Position numbers and translations under genes: made by a program
The notes under the pieces: generated by a model
What the model was told of the DNA's origin: nothing
What the model saw: the letters and a program-made list of their open reading frames with translations, nothing else
The model's database searches: none
NCBI GenBank assembly: GCA_046563655.1
Contig: CM102286.1
Coordinates: forward strand, 12,090,001 to 12,154,000
Source: Yuukianura sp. NJ FZ-2021
Lineage: Eukaryota
DNA: 64,000 nt
Direction of reading: 5' to 3'
Shown here: in pieces, positions 21,673 to 34,945 of the stretch
How positions within the stretch are numbered: the first letter of the stretch is position 1
How the letters are laid out: the number at the start of each line of letters is the position of its first letter

Positions 21673-24439
21673 TTTGTGTCGAATTTGAGCCTGAAATAAA
21701 AAAAGAGAAAGTTTTTCAGAATATTTTTTTGAAATATTAATTTAATCATTTGAGTGAAAGGTAATAAAAAAAAAGTTAAGAATGATTTGTGACCATAATT
21801 GGTTTAGTGTTGACATAAAATATAAATTGTGTTTTGGTTTGTATATGGAAAGTAGCCAATTTTTTTATTGTTTGTCGAAGAAATGACTCGTTCTAAACCA
21901 AACTTTCTCTTGTAGAATCCAAATTCCGGAATACAATTTGTACGGAATACGAAATCGTATTAAAATTTTCTGATGGAGACAGGGCTTCCTTTGCTCAAAT
22001 TTGTTTTTTTTTCCAATTTCAATTTGGTATAACGTTAAGGTTATAAACATTCAAATATCTTATTTGTTTACGTCAATGGAAGTCTATTCTTATCCAGTCA
22101 CTTCCAGTACAAAAAAACTTCTCTTTTTCCTGGAGATTTGTCACGACGGTTTCCCGGATTTGGAAAAGCGTGATGTCTCAAGGCACAATTAAATGAGACG
22201 CCGGTTTAAGAGGAAAAGATTTGCGTGTGGCAAATTTTAATTAAGAATCAAAGGCATTTGAAAATGAGAAGGTCTTCATTAGCTAAATGAATTCTAGCCA
22301 CTACCCTAACAAACACTCACATTACCACAAGTCATGTCAATGTTAAAAACGACTTTCGCAGCAGGATACTTATGAGATTCCATTTTCAACTGCCAGACTA
22401 CCTCCAGGAAAAAATCGAACCAAAAAGCCCTGCAATTGTACTAGTTTTGCCAATATGGAGTTCCACCCACATGCTACAATGCTGGAAAATCCTAATTTAA
22501 GATACCTGTGGTTCTACTCACCATTTTTCATTACTTTCACATTCTACTTTTCCATTTTCTGCACAAGTAAAACCGCCTTCTTCCATCCAACTTCTTTAAA
22601 ATAATCAATAATCCAGCAGAGACGAAAATCACAATTTTATTCTAACTTTTCCGTCAAACGGAAATTTCAAATCGTCTTTGGCTTTTCCATGCTCTCAAAT
22701 TGTCAAAAAATTCACCTGTGGTAGCACAAGTGGAGCAAAGAGAAAGACAAACAGAAAAAGAAAAATATTTCACATGAGATATTCACTTTCTCCAAACAAA
22801 AAAAAATCCAAGCAAGCGTTGCAACAAAAATTCTCGTAATTCAACAGATTGCAAGAACAATGAATTCAAGGAAAAAAATCTTAAACTGAATTCAAGCTAA
22901 TTATGAAGTGTGGCAATAAATAAAACGCGTCAAATAGAATAAAGTAAGAAGCGATCTTTAAAAAGCGCTTGCGTCATAAAACCTTGCCGCGTTACGTGAC
23001 TAATTAAACTTGCGGTTACCCGGTTTTCCGCTACGTTGACCTACAGAAACTCTAAACGTAAATGGCAATTTAGAGTTTCGCTCCGCCGAACACATTACTA
23101 CAGGTCTTCAGCGGAAATTTTTAACAGTTTGGTTCCAACTTTCAAAAAATGTTAATATTCAAAATTTAAATATTCGGTACTTAAAGAAATTTTGCCGACA
23201 GCTACTAAAGAACGTCTCAAAATCAAAGTGGAAAATATCTGAAAAATCCACACATGAAATAGAAAGTATCGAATTTGCGTTTCTACGGCTAGAGCAAAAC
23301 CAATCCTACTGTCTAATTATCACAAACTTTAGTTATAAACTAAAGAATTAATGGTTTTAAATTATGTTCTAGAGGATTATGAAGTATCTGAATTGCAATT
23401 ATTAAAAGCGCCTTTCTATCCTCTTTTCTTAGGTAATGGTTTCATAAATAATTCTGCCGAACAAGTAAATGTAGACTTCTAAGTATGAGCTGGATTGGTT
23501 AATTCGGGATCGATATTTATCATATTCGTTTCGCTCTACTTTCTTTCGTTGTGCCAGGGAAGTGCATTGTTAGGTTGCAAATGTCTCAATTTTCGAAAAA
23601 ATTGGTCATACATGGGACTTTTGCGGTTTAACATCGCACAGGAAGCGTTGCTTATTTTAAAAATGAAAACGCCAATAGCAATTTTTGTTTGTGAGAAAAG
23701 TGCAAGGTATTGATTTCTGTTGAATGAGCAGCGTGATTCCGGACCGGATAATTCTCTTTCTCTCAGAATTTGGAGAAAGCAAAAGCCAATTTGTGTTCTA
23801 AAAATGTTCAGCAGCACGGGATTTTCCTTTGAAAAAAAACTTTTTGATCTATTCTGAGAAAAAAACAATCACAAAATAAAAATAGTAATTTGATTCTGAT
23901 GTGCAACCAAAGTACATCAGAAGTATTGTGCTGTGCATCCTTGCATCTCGCGAATGTATGAAATGCCTTTTGCAAGCCGTTTATAACGTTTACGCCCTCT
24001 TTACTCGTTTCTTGCCACGATTCTTTGTCACGATTCGCCAATGCAAGGGTGAGATATAATGGCTTAAGAAAGGTATACTATGGATTCTACAATAGACACG
24101 AAAATTGTAAGAAAAAGAGACAACCTACTTGAAAAGTTGAGAAAGCAAAAGTTTTGTTGGACGTTTCGACGGTTGATGTATAAGCCAGTAAGTGGAAGTG
24201 AATAGGAAAAGAATTGAAAAGAAGGTCAAACTAATGATGCTTTCTTACTTTCTAGTTAAGGGCGTATCCGATTTGCTTGGTAGTTTCCCTGTATGTCTTT
24301 TTAGTCAGAGGAAGGTAATCCGAGTCCAATTTCCAAAAAAAATTCGTGGATTTTGTCACTGCACAGAAACAAAACTCAAAAAATCACACTTTGGCTTACA
24401 ATGGTAAACGTAATCCACTCAAAAGCTTTCACAACTTAC

Positions 24440-25260
24440 CGATGAATGATTCTGAGCTTCTGTAGTAAGGTGAAGAGCTTCTGTCTGTCTTGGTAGAGTG
24501 TATATTTGTGTCTCGATTTATTGAATTTTTATTTATTGGAAGTGGGTGGATGGATGGAAGCGGCGAAGCGGGTATCACAATGTCTCTCGTCCGCACCTTT
24601 TCAGCTTTCAGCCTACCGATGAAATGAAGTTTTCTTTTCAGCACAACTTGACTGACTGTCCTGTCCGCTCAGAGTTCGTGACGTCTGACGAAGTTTTACT
24701 TCCAAGTAGTGACTCCCCAACGACTGACACACTTGCTACAAAAACAACATAAAAGTTAGCATGCACTTTCAGCAAAATCCCATCCCCAGCATGATATAGT
24801 AGCAAAACCCACTCGGGTCGAAAGAACTTAAACCCACTTTAATACTTTATAGTTTATACTTGGTTACTCGATACCTTTGGCTAGTAAAATCTGTTGTAAT
24901 GTGTAGGCATTAGGATTTATAATGAGGCAAAAGTGCAAATCGACGTGCTACAGGCAAAAACACCCACATATTAGACACTTATATCTAGACTAAAAGCGTG
25001 AGTCAACATAGCTTACCGAGGTTTTAATTTTTAAATGCCGAATGAACCTGTGTATGAGTCAACTTACCTGGTGAACGGTGCTGCAGATGAGGTGATAATT
25101 AGTTAATCAGACCAATCCATGGGATCAGCTGATTGGAGCAAGTGAGCAATAAACGGAGGTGTTTGCGTGTCTGTGGCTTATGTGCGTGTGTGGAGTTGAT
25201 GCGATGCAAATCCAAAATGTTTTTCAAATTGAAATATTTCCGAATTCCGATCCGACTCGT
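24440..25260 (-). other. Probable non-coding 5' UTR exons of SNAP-25 (donors below 25068 and 24440)
   Basis: Consensus minus-strand donors CAG|GTAAGT and G|GTAAGT. The first coding exon has an acceptor 18 nt upstream of its ATG, so an upstream exon is required. Upper boundaries are approximate. Confidence 0.45.
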
Positions 25261-25970
25261 CTAACTAGTTTCATTTCCTCCAACGCAATTCTTTTTTCTG
25301 ATATAAAATTGACCTTTGTGAAACCCATTAACCCATGGTCGTAATATTAACCTTTTGGATTTAATTGTGATTTATCACAGTGCAGGCAATATTACCCAGC
25401 ACTACCTTTCTTTCTATTGTACCAGGACTTTCTTGTCTGAAAAAATGACGATTTAATGTTCTATTTTCACATTATGTTCAAATCAAAATAAATGTGTTCC
25501 CTTTTATGTTTTATTTGCAAAATGATGTAATTTACTTTACTACTGGCGTTTCTGTGAAAAAAATTCTCTCCCTTAACAATTGAACTGTAGAATAAACGTG
25601 CTTGAAAGTTTTAAAGCATTGAAAACCTAAAAAAGCTAGAAATTTTTTCAGTTTGACTAGCAGAATTCCTAGTTTCAAGACGCTAATTTATGTCGAAATC
25701 TTATAAGTATGCGTTACATCTTTACAACAAGCACAATAGGGGAAATTAAGTCTGAGTTTATTTGTTTGCCACTGATGAGAGTTTAGTTGACTTCAACCAC
25801 CGAATGGATGACGCGATAGAGAAATATTTTCTAAAAACCCGCGATACATTTATCGAAATATTTACTGAAAAAACTTCCAACCCAGAATATTTTTTATTTT
25901 TTGTAAAATTTTTTATGGTTGTCATGTATGGAATTCTTTTATACGTTCAAATCCTCTCTGATCTATGTGC

Positions 25971-26053
25971 GTGGCTATGGCTGAGCGGTCTAAAGCGATA
26001 GACTAGAAATCTATTTCCCTCTGGGAGCGTAGGTTCGAATCCTACTAGCCACG
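25971..26053 (+). tRNA. tRNA-Ser(AGA): tRNA-Ser, anticodon AGA
   Basis: Acceptor stem GTGGCTA/TAGCCAC, discriminator G, anticodon arm ATAGA-CT AGA AA-TCTAT, long variable arm TCCC-TCT-GGGA, T arm GTAGG-TTCGAAT-CCTAC, and an oligo-T Pol III terminator from 26059. Confidence 0.95.
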
Positions 26054-26936
26054 GGAACTTTTTTTTCCCCTTTTGTACTGATTTTTTTTTGCTAATTAAA
26101 TCTTGAATAAAATCGCTTTAATCCACATTTCTCCCAAGAATATGGACAAAACAAAACGAAAAACCGAGACTAATTTGTTTCGAACCTTGGCTCTCAGAAC
26201 GAAATAGATTATCGCGTTCCCAAATCATATTTTCTCAATTTATGTTGTACAATAAATTCAAATATTATTCAAATAAATTTGAATTGTACAATAAACGTAG
26301 AAAGTTACACTTTTGTAAAGAATGGTCGGGCAGCCCTACCCATCCCCGTGCTTGTAGTATAGTTTTTTTGTAGCAGCATTTATTGCACGAAAAATAATTT
26401 TCAGCAATGCACCGACTTTTATGGAATAGTACTACTGCTGATATAACAAGACTTTCTAATGGAGGATACTTCTCCATTCCTACAACCACGACATCTTATA
26501 TTCATCGATTTTTTAATATGTGACGTTAGTGCGAAGCTGTCAAATTTTATGACATTATCTCAATTTCTAGGGTTTCACCTATTTAAACCTATTTAAAAAC
26601 ACTAATTCCTGGAGAATTTAAAAAGAAGCACTTCAATCATTATTGTTTTTTCATTTTCTGGATCTGGATCTGTACAAATGAACGTATCATCATGGTAACG
26701 CGGCGCTTGTTTACATACAACTCAAAATATTTCATTTTGTTGAGTGAAAGTCAAGCAAGGAACAAGACGGGAACGTGCGTTGTACTTGTGCCGCAGCAGG
26801 TAATCAAACCAAAAATAGCTTTCAATTAGACTCAGAAGTTAATTATGACATTTGCACTTGCTTCACTTTGTTTTTGTAATTTTTAAAGTCACGCTTAACT
26901 AAAACTACGTTTTAGGTGGCGGTGGCGTCACGGATC

Positions 26937-27479
26937 ATGGGTGTGGCCTCTTTGGCCTGCTTCTGGATACTGCTTCTCACAAATCTTTGGTCCATTGGAG
27001 CCAAGCGTCCGGCTGAAGACTTCGCCAAGCCATACCCGAATGTCATCTACAGCCGCAAGCCCGGGGAAACGGCGAAGCCTGGTGAAACGTGTAACTTTAA
27101 CCACACGAATTTGAACGTCACAGAGGTCAAATTCGCTGATTTTGACCACCCCTGCCAGGAGCCGTCCAAATGTGAATACGTTTTTGACAAACAAGGCAGT
27201 CCAATCCGCCTTTCCGTAGAAACTCTGTTGGTCCGGGGCGATGGACTTGAAAATGGGACTGCTACTTTCAAGTCTCCCATTTACTACAAAAAGTGCTTAT
27301 GCCCCAGCAATACAATTTTTAAGTTCTCCGCCAAATCGTGTAATAATGCGAATCGGACTAAAACCCAGGACTTGGGAATCTTTTGTTCTGGAGCTCATCG
27401 CAAGACTACTACTAAATTGGAACTGATTTTGGCCTTGACCAGTGCCGTCTCCATCGTCTTTCTTCTGCCTTTCAATTAA
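26937..27479 (+). CDS. 180-aa secreted, probably GPI-anchored cysteine-rich protein of unknown family
   Basis: Signal-peptide-like MGVASLACFWILLLTNLWSIGA; 7 further Cys; N-glycosylation sequons (NHT, NVT, NGT, NRT); small residues SGA then a hydrophobic tail LELILALTSAVSIVFLLPFN*. 5' UTR intron 26800-26915 (GT-AG). AATAAA near 27676. Confidence 0.75.
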   Translation: MGVASLACFWILLLTNLWSIGAKRPAEDFAKPYPNVIYSRKPGETAKPGETCNFNHTNLNVTEVKFADFDHPCQEPSKCEYVFDKQGSPIRLSVETLLVRGDGLENGTATFKSPIYYKKCLCPSNTIFKFSAKSCNNANRTKTQDLGIFCSGAHRKTTTKLELILALTSAVSIVFLLPFN

Positions 27480-28680
27480 GTATCGCCGCTAAACTTCTGA
27501 ACGGTGCAAAATTGACCTCAATGCTACCAGAATGCAGTCAATTGCCAAAATTACAGTAGGTTCCGGCTTTCGATGTGCTTCGAGCATCGATTGCATTCAG
27601 CCAATGAGCTCCGTTCATGCTTGAAATTTTCTAATCGACTTCTCTAAAAATTTATTCAAACGTTTCAAAACTTGTAATAAACGAGCGAATTCCTTACCTT
27701 CCGGAAGTTCTTGACAAATATGTCTTGTGAGTTTGCGCAGATTTATAAATTTTCACGACAATGTTATTATTGAACCAACTGTATAATACAGTCTGTATTG
27801 CTGTTAGTAAAATTAACTACCGAAATGTCATATAAAGTATGTCGAAAGGAAGTTGTGCAAAGTTGACCTCTGTGACCCCGGTCGTCATCTTAAGCGATTT
27901 CCCAGTAGGTTCTCGATCCAAACGTTGCAACTGGCCGCCATCTGACGGATTGCTCTGAAGGAGGCTCAAAAACAAAGGCATAACGGCGGGTAATGGAATT
28001 TTTTCTAAGAGAAAAATATTTACCAATTTTTTTTTACCCATAATAACTTGGAGATATCTATAGCTTTCTCCCATAGTTAACTATGGACTTTCACCCTATT
28101 TTCAGATTACGTGATACCATACAGCCGAAGCAATGCAAAATCGCATATGGGCATCGGAAATATTTTCTAAATTATTTAAATTATCGGCTAATTAGTTAAA
28201 AATTAATTCACATTAGTTTTGTAAATAATAAAAATTAATAATTAATCCAAATTAATAATTAGTTAAAATTAATTTAATAATTAACTGGTAGTAAGTAACA
28301 AAATGGAGTTAATTTCTTTCACAAAGCTGAACTAATGACAAATGGTTACCAAAGTTAACCAAATACTCAGGACAATATATGTAAAGACAATATTACAAAA
28401 AATCTCTCAAAAAATATTTCAGCGGTAAAGCTGTATCGTGCTGGGTACCCCTTCAACCGCCAGCATTTCAGGTATCTTTGGTAAAAACTTGACAAAATGC
28501 ACATGAACGGCGTTTCCGGGACTAAGTTTTTCTCAAAAAATAAATTTCATTTTTTCCCCAAGTTTTCTACCTCGGAAAAACTATTCCGTGTGTAAAGTTG
28601 GCTAGACTGGGTTAGGTTAAGTAAAGCAACGCTTACCCATACGGGTACATAAGTTAACAATTTCAAAAAAAAATGCACTT

Positions 28681-30800
28681 AAAGGGCGTGGTTAGTACTT
28701 AAACTTTTTCCAAAAAACTTATTTTTTTTGACAATTTTCCAAAAAAAAAATGTTACACTTGTAGTTTTACCTCGGAAAGGGCACCCACGAGAGTTAAAAA
28801 ATTCAAAATTCCACTTCAAGGGCGTGATCAGCAGTACAGCTTTTTTGAAAAATTTCCAATTTTTTTTCTGATTTACAACCGCGGAACCAATGTTGCACGC
28901 GTAAAACAATCTCGGAAGCGGTACCCTCAGAATAGTACCCCCTTGGGGTACCTTAGTAAAAAATTTCAAAATTTTTGCTTAAAGGGCGTGGTCAGCAGTT
29001 ATGTTTTTTTGAAAAATTTCCAATTTTTTTTTCTGATTTACAACCGCGGAACCAATGTTGCACGCGTAAAACAACCTCGGAAGCGGTACCCTCGGAAGGG
29101 TACCTCCTTGGGGTACCTTAGTAAAAAATTTCAAAATTTTTGCTTAAAGGGCGTGGTCAGCAGTTATGTTTTTTTGAAAAATTTCCAATTTTTTTTTCTG
29201 ATTTACAACCGCGGAACCAATGTTGCACGCGTAAAACAACCTCGGAAGCGGTACCCTCGGAAGGGTACCTCCTTGGGGTACCTTAGTGAAAAATTTCAAA
29301 ATTTTTGCTTACAGGGCGTGGTCAGCAGTTATGTTTTTTTGAAAAATTTCCAATTTTTTTTCTGATTTACAACCGCGGAACCAATGTTACACGCGTAAAA
29401 CAACCTCGGAAGCGGTACCCTCAGAATAGTACCCCCTTGGGGTACCTTAGTAAAAAATTTCAAAATTTTTGCTTAAAGGGCGTGGTCAGCAGTTATGTTT
29501 TTTTGAAAAATTTCCAATTTTTTTTCTGATTTACAACCGCGGAACCAATGTTGCACGCGTAAAACAATCTCGGAAGCGGTACCCTCAGAATAGTACCCCC
29601 TTGGGGTACCTTAGTAAAAAATTTCAAAATATTTGCTTAAAGGGCGTGGTCAGCAGTTATGTTTTTTGAAAAATTTCCAATTTTTTTTCTGATTTACAAC
29701 CGCGGAACCAATGTTGCACGCGTAAAACAACCTCGGAAGCGGTACCCTCGGAAGGGTACCTCCTTGGGGTACCTTAGTAAAAAATTTCAAAATTTTTGCT
29801 TAAAGGGCGTGGTCAGCAGTTATGTTTTTTGAAAAATTTCCAATTTTTTTCTGATTTACAACCGCGGAACCAATGTTGCACGCGTAAAACAACCTCGGAA
29901 GCGGTACCCTCGGAAGGGTACCTCCTTGGGGTACCTTAGTGAAAAATTTCAAAATTTTTGCTTACAGGGCGTGGTCAGCAGTTATGTTTTTTGAAAAATT
30001 TCCAATTTTTTTCTGATTTACAACCGCGGAACCAATGTTACACGCGTAAAACAACCTCGGAAGCGGTACCCTCAGAATAGTACCCCCTTGGGGTACCTTA
30101 GTAAAAAATTTCAAAATTTTTGCTTAAAGGGCGTGGTCAGCAGTTATGTTTTTTGAAAAATTTCCAATTTTTTTTCTGATTTACAACCGCGGAACCAATG
30201 TTGCACGCGTAAAACAATCTCGGAAGCGGTACCCTCAGAATAGTACCCCCTTGGGGTACCTTAGTAAAAAATTTCAAAATTTTTGCTTAAAGGGCGTGGT
30301 CAGCAGTTATGTTTTTTTGAAAAATTTCCAATTTTTTTCTGATTTACAACCGCGGAACCAATGTTGCACGCGTAAAACAACCTCGGAAGCGGTACCCTCA
30401 GAATGGTACCCCCTTTGGGGACCTTAGTAAAAAATTTCAAAATTTTGGGTTGAAGGGCGTGGTCAGAAGTTTTTTTTTTTTTTGAAAAATTACAAGTTTT
30501 TTTTTCACTTTACAACCTCGGAAAAACTGTTACACGTGTAAAACTACCTCGGAAGCGGTACCCCAACGACGGTACCCCCTGTGGATACCTAAGTTGAAAA
30601 TTTCACCAAATCCACTTGAAGGGCATTGTCAGCACTTAGTTTTTTTTGAGAAAACTCAAGTTTTTTAAGTTTTCAACTTCGGAGAAAATGTTACACGTCT
30701 AATTCTATTTCGGAATGGGTACCCACGAGAGGAGAACCCCTTAGGGTGTATAAATTAAAATTTTCAAAAAATCCAGTTCAAGGGCGTGTTCATCACGTAG
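28681..30800 (+). repeat. About 164-bp satellite array, left arm, about 14 units with degenerate edge units
   Basis: AGGGCGTGGTCAGCAG recurs at about 28981, 29146, 29311, 29476, 29639, 29802, 29964, 30126 and 30289, with degenerate copies at 28681, 28818, 30452, 30618 and 30779. Confidence 0.97.
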
Positions 30801-31143
30801 ACTTCTTTAAAATTTTTCACCTTTATTTTTAGTTTTTCGTGTGGGAAGAAATATTTTGGAAGTAAAGTTGGATTGGGCTGAATAACCACTCGAAGTGGTT
30901 TCCACAAACCCCACGGTACCTATAATCCAAAAATTGGAAAAATTATCAGGACCAATTTTCGCACACCTAGAATTTTTTTTGCAATTTTGTCCAAGTTTAG
31001 AAAACAAGAAAATGAAACAAAGCGCAAAACACTCTAAATATTTTTTCAGAGGTGTTTCAGATTTTTCGTTGCAAATTTCTATATCTCACAATCATACTCT
31101 AATTGACGATGCGACCGACCGACCGACCTACCGAATCACCTAA

Positions 31144-32147
31144 GTGGATTGCACAATCTCTAACAATTTACATTTGAGATTTTTCAAAGTTAAAATGGAT
31201 CGCACAATTCCTAACAATTTGTATTTGAGATTTTCAAAGTTAAAGTGCATCGCACAATCCCTAACAATTTACATTTGAGATTTTTGAAAGTTAAAGTGGA
31301 TCGCACAATCCCTAACAATTTACATTTGAGATTTTTGAAAGTTAAAGTGGATCGCACAATACCTACTAACCTAACCTAACAAACTAAAAATTTTCTCCCA
31401 GTATGAAGATACCATTACCCAATAAATGACAAATTGTTAGGAATTGTGCGATCCATCTTAACTTCAAAAAATCTCAAATTACAAATTCTTAGGAATTGTG
31501 CGATCCATCTTAACTTTAAAAAAATCTCAAATACAAATTGTTAGGAATTGTGCGATCCATTTTAACTATAAAAAATAAGCTTACAGTGAAAATGAAAAGG
31601 TTAGCAAAGTAAAGTCGCTTTGTCCAAAAATCGTGAAGGTAGAAATGCTACCTTCACGATTTTTGGACAAAGCGACTTTACTTTGCTAACCTTTTCATTT
31701 TCACTGTAAGCTTATTTTTTATAGTTAAAATGGATCGCACAATTCCTAACAATTTGTATTTGAGATTTTTTTAAAGTTAAGATGGATCGCACAATTCCTA
31801 AGAATTTGTAATTTGAGATTTTTTGAAGTTAAGATGGATCGCACAATTCCTAACAATTTGTCATTTATTGGGTAATGGTATCTTCATACTGGGAGAAAAT
31901 TTTTAGTTTGTTAGGTTAGGTTAGTAGGTATTGTGCGATCCACTTTAACTTTCAAAAATCTCAAATGTAAATTGTTAGGGATTGTGCGATCCACTTTAAC
32001 TTTCAAAAATCTCAAATGTAAATTGTTAGGGATTGTGCGATGCACTTTAACTTTGAAAAATCTCAAATACAAATTGTTAGGAATTGTGCGATCCATTTTA
32101 ACTTTGAAAAATCTCAAATGTAAATTGTTAGAGATTGTGCAATCCAC
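31144..32147. repeat. 51-bp tandem repeats (TGGATCGCACAATYCCTAACAATTT...) in four blocks of alternating orientation around the palindrome centre
   Basis: Forward units at 31144, 31195, 31245, 31296 and 31347 (partial); reverse block 31431-31573; forward block 31717-31860; reverse block 31930-32147. Confidence 0.95.
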
Positions 32148-32489
32148 TTAGGTGATTCGGTAGGTCGGTCGGTCGGTCGCATCGTCAATTAGAGTATGAT
32201 TGTGAGATATAGAAATTTGCAACGAAAAATCTGAAACACCTCTGAAAAAATATTTAGAGTGTTTTGCGTTTTGTTTCATTTTCTTGTTTTCTAAACTTGG
32301 ACAAAATTGCAAAAAAAAATTCTAGGTGTGCGAAAATTGGTCCTGATAATTTTTCCAATTTTTGGATTATAGGTACCGTGGGGTTTGTGGAAACCACTTC
32401 GAGTGGTTATTCAGCCCAATCCAACTTTACTTCCAAAATATTTCTTCCCACACGAAAAACTAAAAATAAAGGTGAAAAATTTTAAAGAA

Positions 32490-34945
32490 GTCTACGTGAT
32501 GAACACGCCCTTGAACTGGATTTTTTGAAAATTTTAATTTATACACCCTAAGGGGTTCTCCTCTCGTGGGTACCCATTCCGAAATAGAATTAGACGTGTA
32601 ACATTTTCTCCGAAGTTGAAAACTTAAAAAACTTGAGTTTTCTCAAAAAACTAAGTGCTGACAATGCCCTTCAAGTGGATTTGGTGAAATTTTCAACTTA
32701 GGTATCCACAGGGGGTACCGTCGTTGGGGTACCGCTTCCGAGGTAGTTTTACACGTGTAACAGTTTTTCCGAGGTTGTAAAGGAAAAAAAAACATGTAAT
32801 TTTTCAAAAAAAAATAACTGCTGACCACGCCCTTCAACCCAAAATTTTGAAATTTTTTACTGAAGTACCCAAAGGGGGTACCCTTCAGAGGGTACCGCTT
32901 CCGAGGTAGTTTTACGCGTGCAACATTGTTTCCGAGGTTGTAAATCAAAAAAAACTTAAATTTTTTCAAAAAACATAACTGCTGACCACGCCCTTTAAGC
33001 AAAAATTTTGAAATTTTTTACTAAGGTACCCCAAGGGGGTACTATTCTGAGGGTACCGCTTCCGAGGTTGTTTTACGCGTGTAACATTGGTTCCGCGGTT
33101 GTAAATCAGAAAAAATTGGAAATTTTTCAAAAAACATAACTGCTGACCACGCCCTTTAAGCAAAAATTTTGAAATTTTTTACTAAGGTACCCCAAGGGGG
33201 TACTATTCTGAGGGTACCGCTTCCGAGGTTGTTTTACGCGTGTAACATTGGTTCCGCGGTTGTAAATCAGAAAAAAATTGGAAATTTTTCAAAAAAAACA
33301 TAACGGCTGACCACGCCCTTTAAGTAAAAATTTTGAAATTTTTTACTAAGGTACCCCAAGGGGGTACCCTTCAGAGGGTACCGCTTCCGAGGTAGTTTTA
33401 CGCGTGTAACATTGTTTCCGAGGTTGTAAAGTGAAAAAAAAATGGAAATTTTTCAAAAAAAACATAACTGCTGACCACGCCCTTTAAGCAAAAATTTTGA
33501 AATTTTTTACTAAGGTACCCCAAGGGGGTACTATTCTGAGGGTACCGCTTCCGAGGTTGTTTTACGCGTGTAACATTGGTTCCGCGGTTGTAAATCAGAA
33601 AAAAACTTGAAATGACCACGCCCTGTAAGCAAAAATTTTGAAATTTTTCACTAAGGTACCCCAAAGGGGTACCCTTGCGAGGGTACCACATCCGAGGTAG
33701 TTTTACGCGTGTAACATTGTTTCCGAGGTTGTAAAGTGAAAAAAGCATGGAAATTTTTCAAAAAAAACATAACGGCTGACCACGCCCTTTAAGTAAAAAT
33801 TTTGAAATTTTTTACTAAGGTACCCCAAGGGGGTACTATTCTGAGGGTACCCCTTCCGAGGTTGGTTTACGCGTGTAACATTGGTTCCGCGGTTGTAAAT
33901 CAGAAAAAAATTGGAAATTTTTCAAAAAAACATAACTGCTGACCACGCCCTTTAAGCAAAAATTTTGAAATTTTTTACTAAGGTACCCCAAGGGGGTACT
34001 ATTCTGAGGGTACCGCTTCCGAGGTTGTTTTACGCGTGTAACATTGGTTCCGCGGTTGTAAATCAGAAAAAAAATTGGAAATTTTTCAAAAAAACATAAC
34101 TGCTGACCACGCCCTGTAAGCAAAAATTTTGAAATTTTTCACTAAGGTACCACAAAGGGGTACCCTTGCGAGGGTACCACATCCGAGGTAGTTTTACGCG
34201 TGTAACATTGTTTCCGAGGTTGTAAAGTGAAAAAAAAATGGAAATTTTTCAAAAAAAACATAACGGCTGACCACGCCCTTTAAGTAAAAATTTTGAAATT
34301 TTTTACTAAGGTACCCCAAGGGGGTACTATTCTGAGGGTACCCCTTCCGAGGTTGGTTTACGCGTGTAACATTGGTTCCGCGGTTGTAAATCAGAAAAAA
34401 TTGGAAATTTTTCAAAAAAACATAACTGCTGACCACGCCCTTTAAGCAAAAATTTTGAAATTTTTTTACTAAGGTACCCCAAGGGGGTACTATTCTGAGG
34501 GTACCGCTTCCGAGGTTGTTTTACGCGTGCAACATTGGTTCCGCGGTTGTAAATCAGAAAAAAAATTGGAAATTTTTCAAAAAAACATAACTGCTGACCA
34601 CGCCCTGTAAGCAAAAATTTTGAAATTTTTCACTAAGGTACCCCAAAGGGGTACCCTTGCGAGGGTACCACATCCGAGGTAGTTTTACGCGTGTAACATT
34701 GTTTCCGAGGTTGTAAAGTGAAAAAAAATGGAAATTTTTCAAAAAAAACATAACGGCTGACCACGCCCTTTAAGTAAAAATTTTGAAATTTTTTACTAAG
34801 GTACCCCAAGGGGGTACTATTCTGAGGGTACCCCTTCCGAGGTTGGTTTACGCATGTAACTTTGTTTCCGAGGTTGTAAAGTGAAAAAAAATTCAAATTT
34901 TTCAAAAAAACATAACTGCTGACCACACCCTTGAAGCAAAAAATT
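32490..34945 (-). repeat. About 164-bp satellite array, right arm (inverted), about 16 units
   Basis: GCTGACCACGCCC recurs at about 32820, 32981, 33142, 33306, 33471, 33612 (internally deleted unit), 33775, 33938, 34102, 34266, 34428, 34593, 34756 and 34918, plus two degenerate inner units. Confidence 0.97.

Noticed and set aside
25971..26053. Possible Leu/Ser identity chimera (GGTCTAA D-loop) or tRNA-derived SINE
   Set aside because: G discriminator, AGA anticodon and variable arm are normal for Ser; stems pair fully and a terminator follows.
28679..34926. Many ORFs in the 164-bp and 51-bp arrays
   Set aside because: Repeat translations whose frames break at variable homopolymers; no protein motifs.
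28818..34945. CRISPR-like regular repeats with internal dyads
   Set aside because: Units are contiguous with no unique spacers, there are no cas genes, and the context is eukaryotic.
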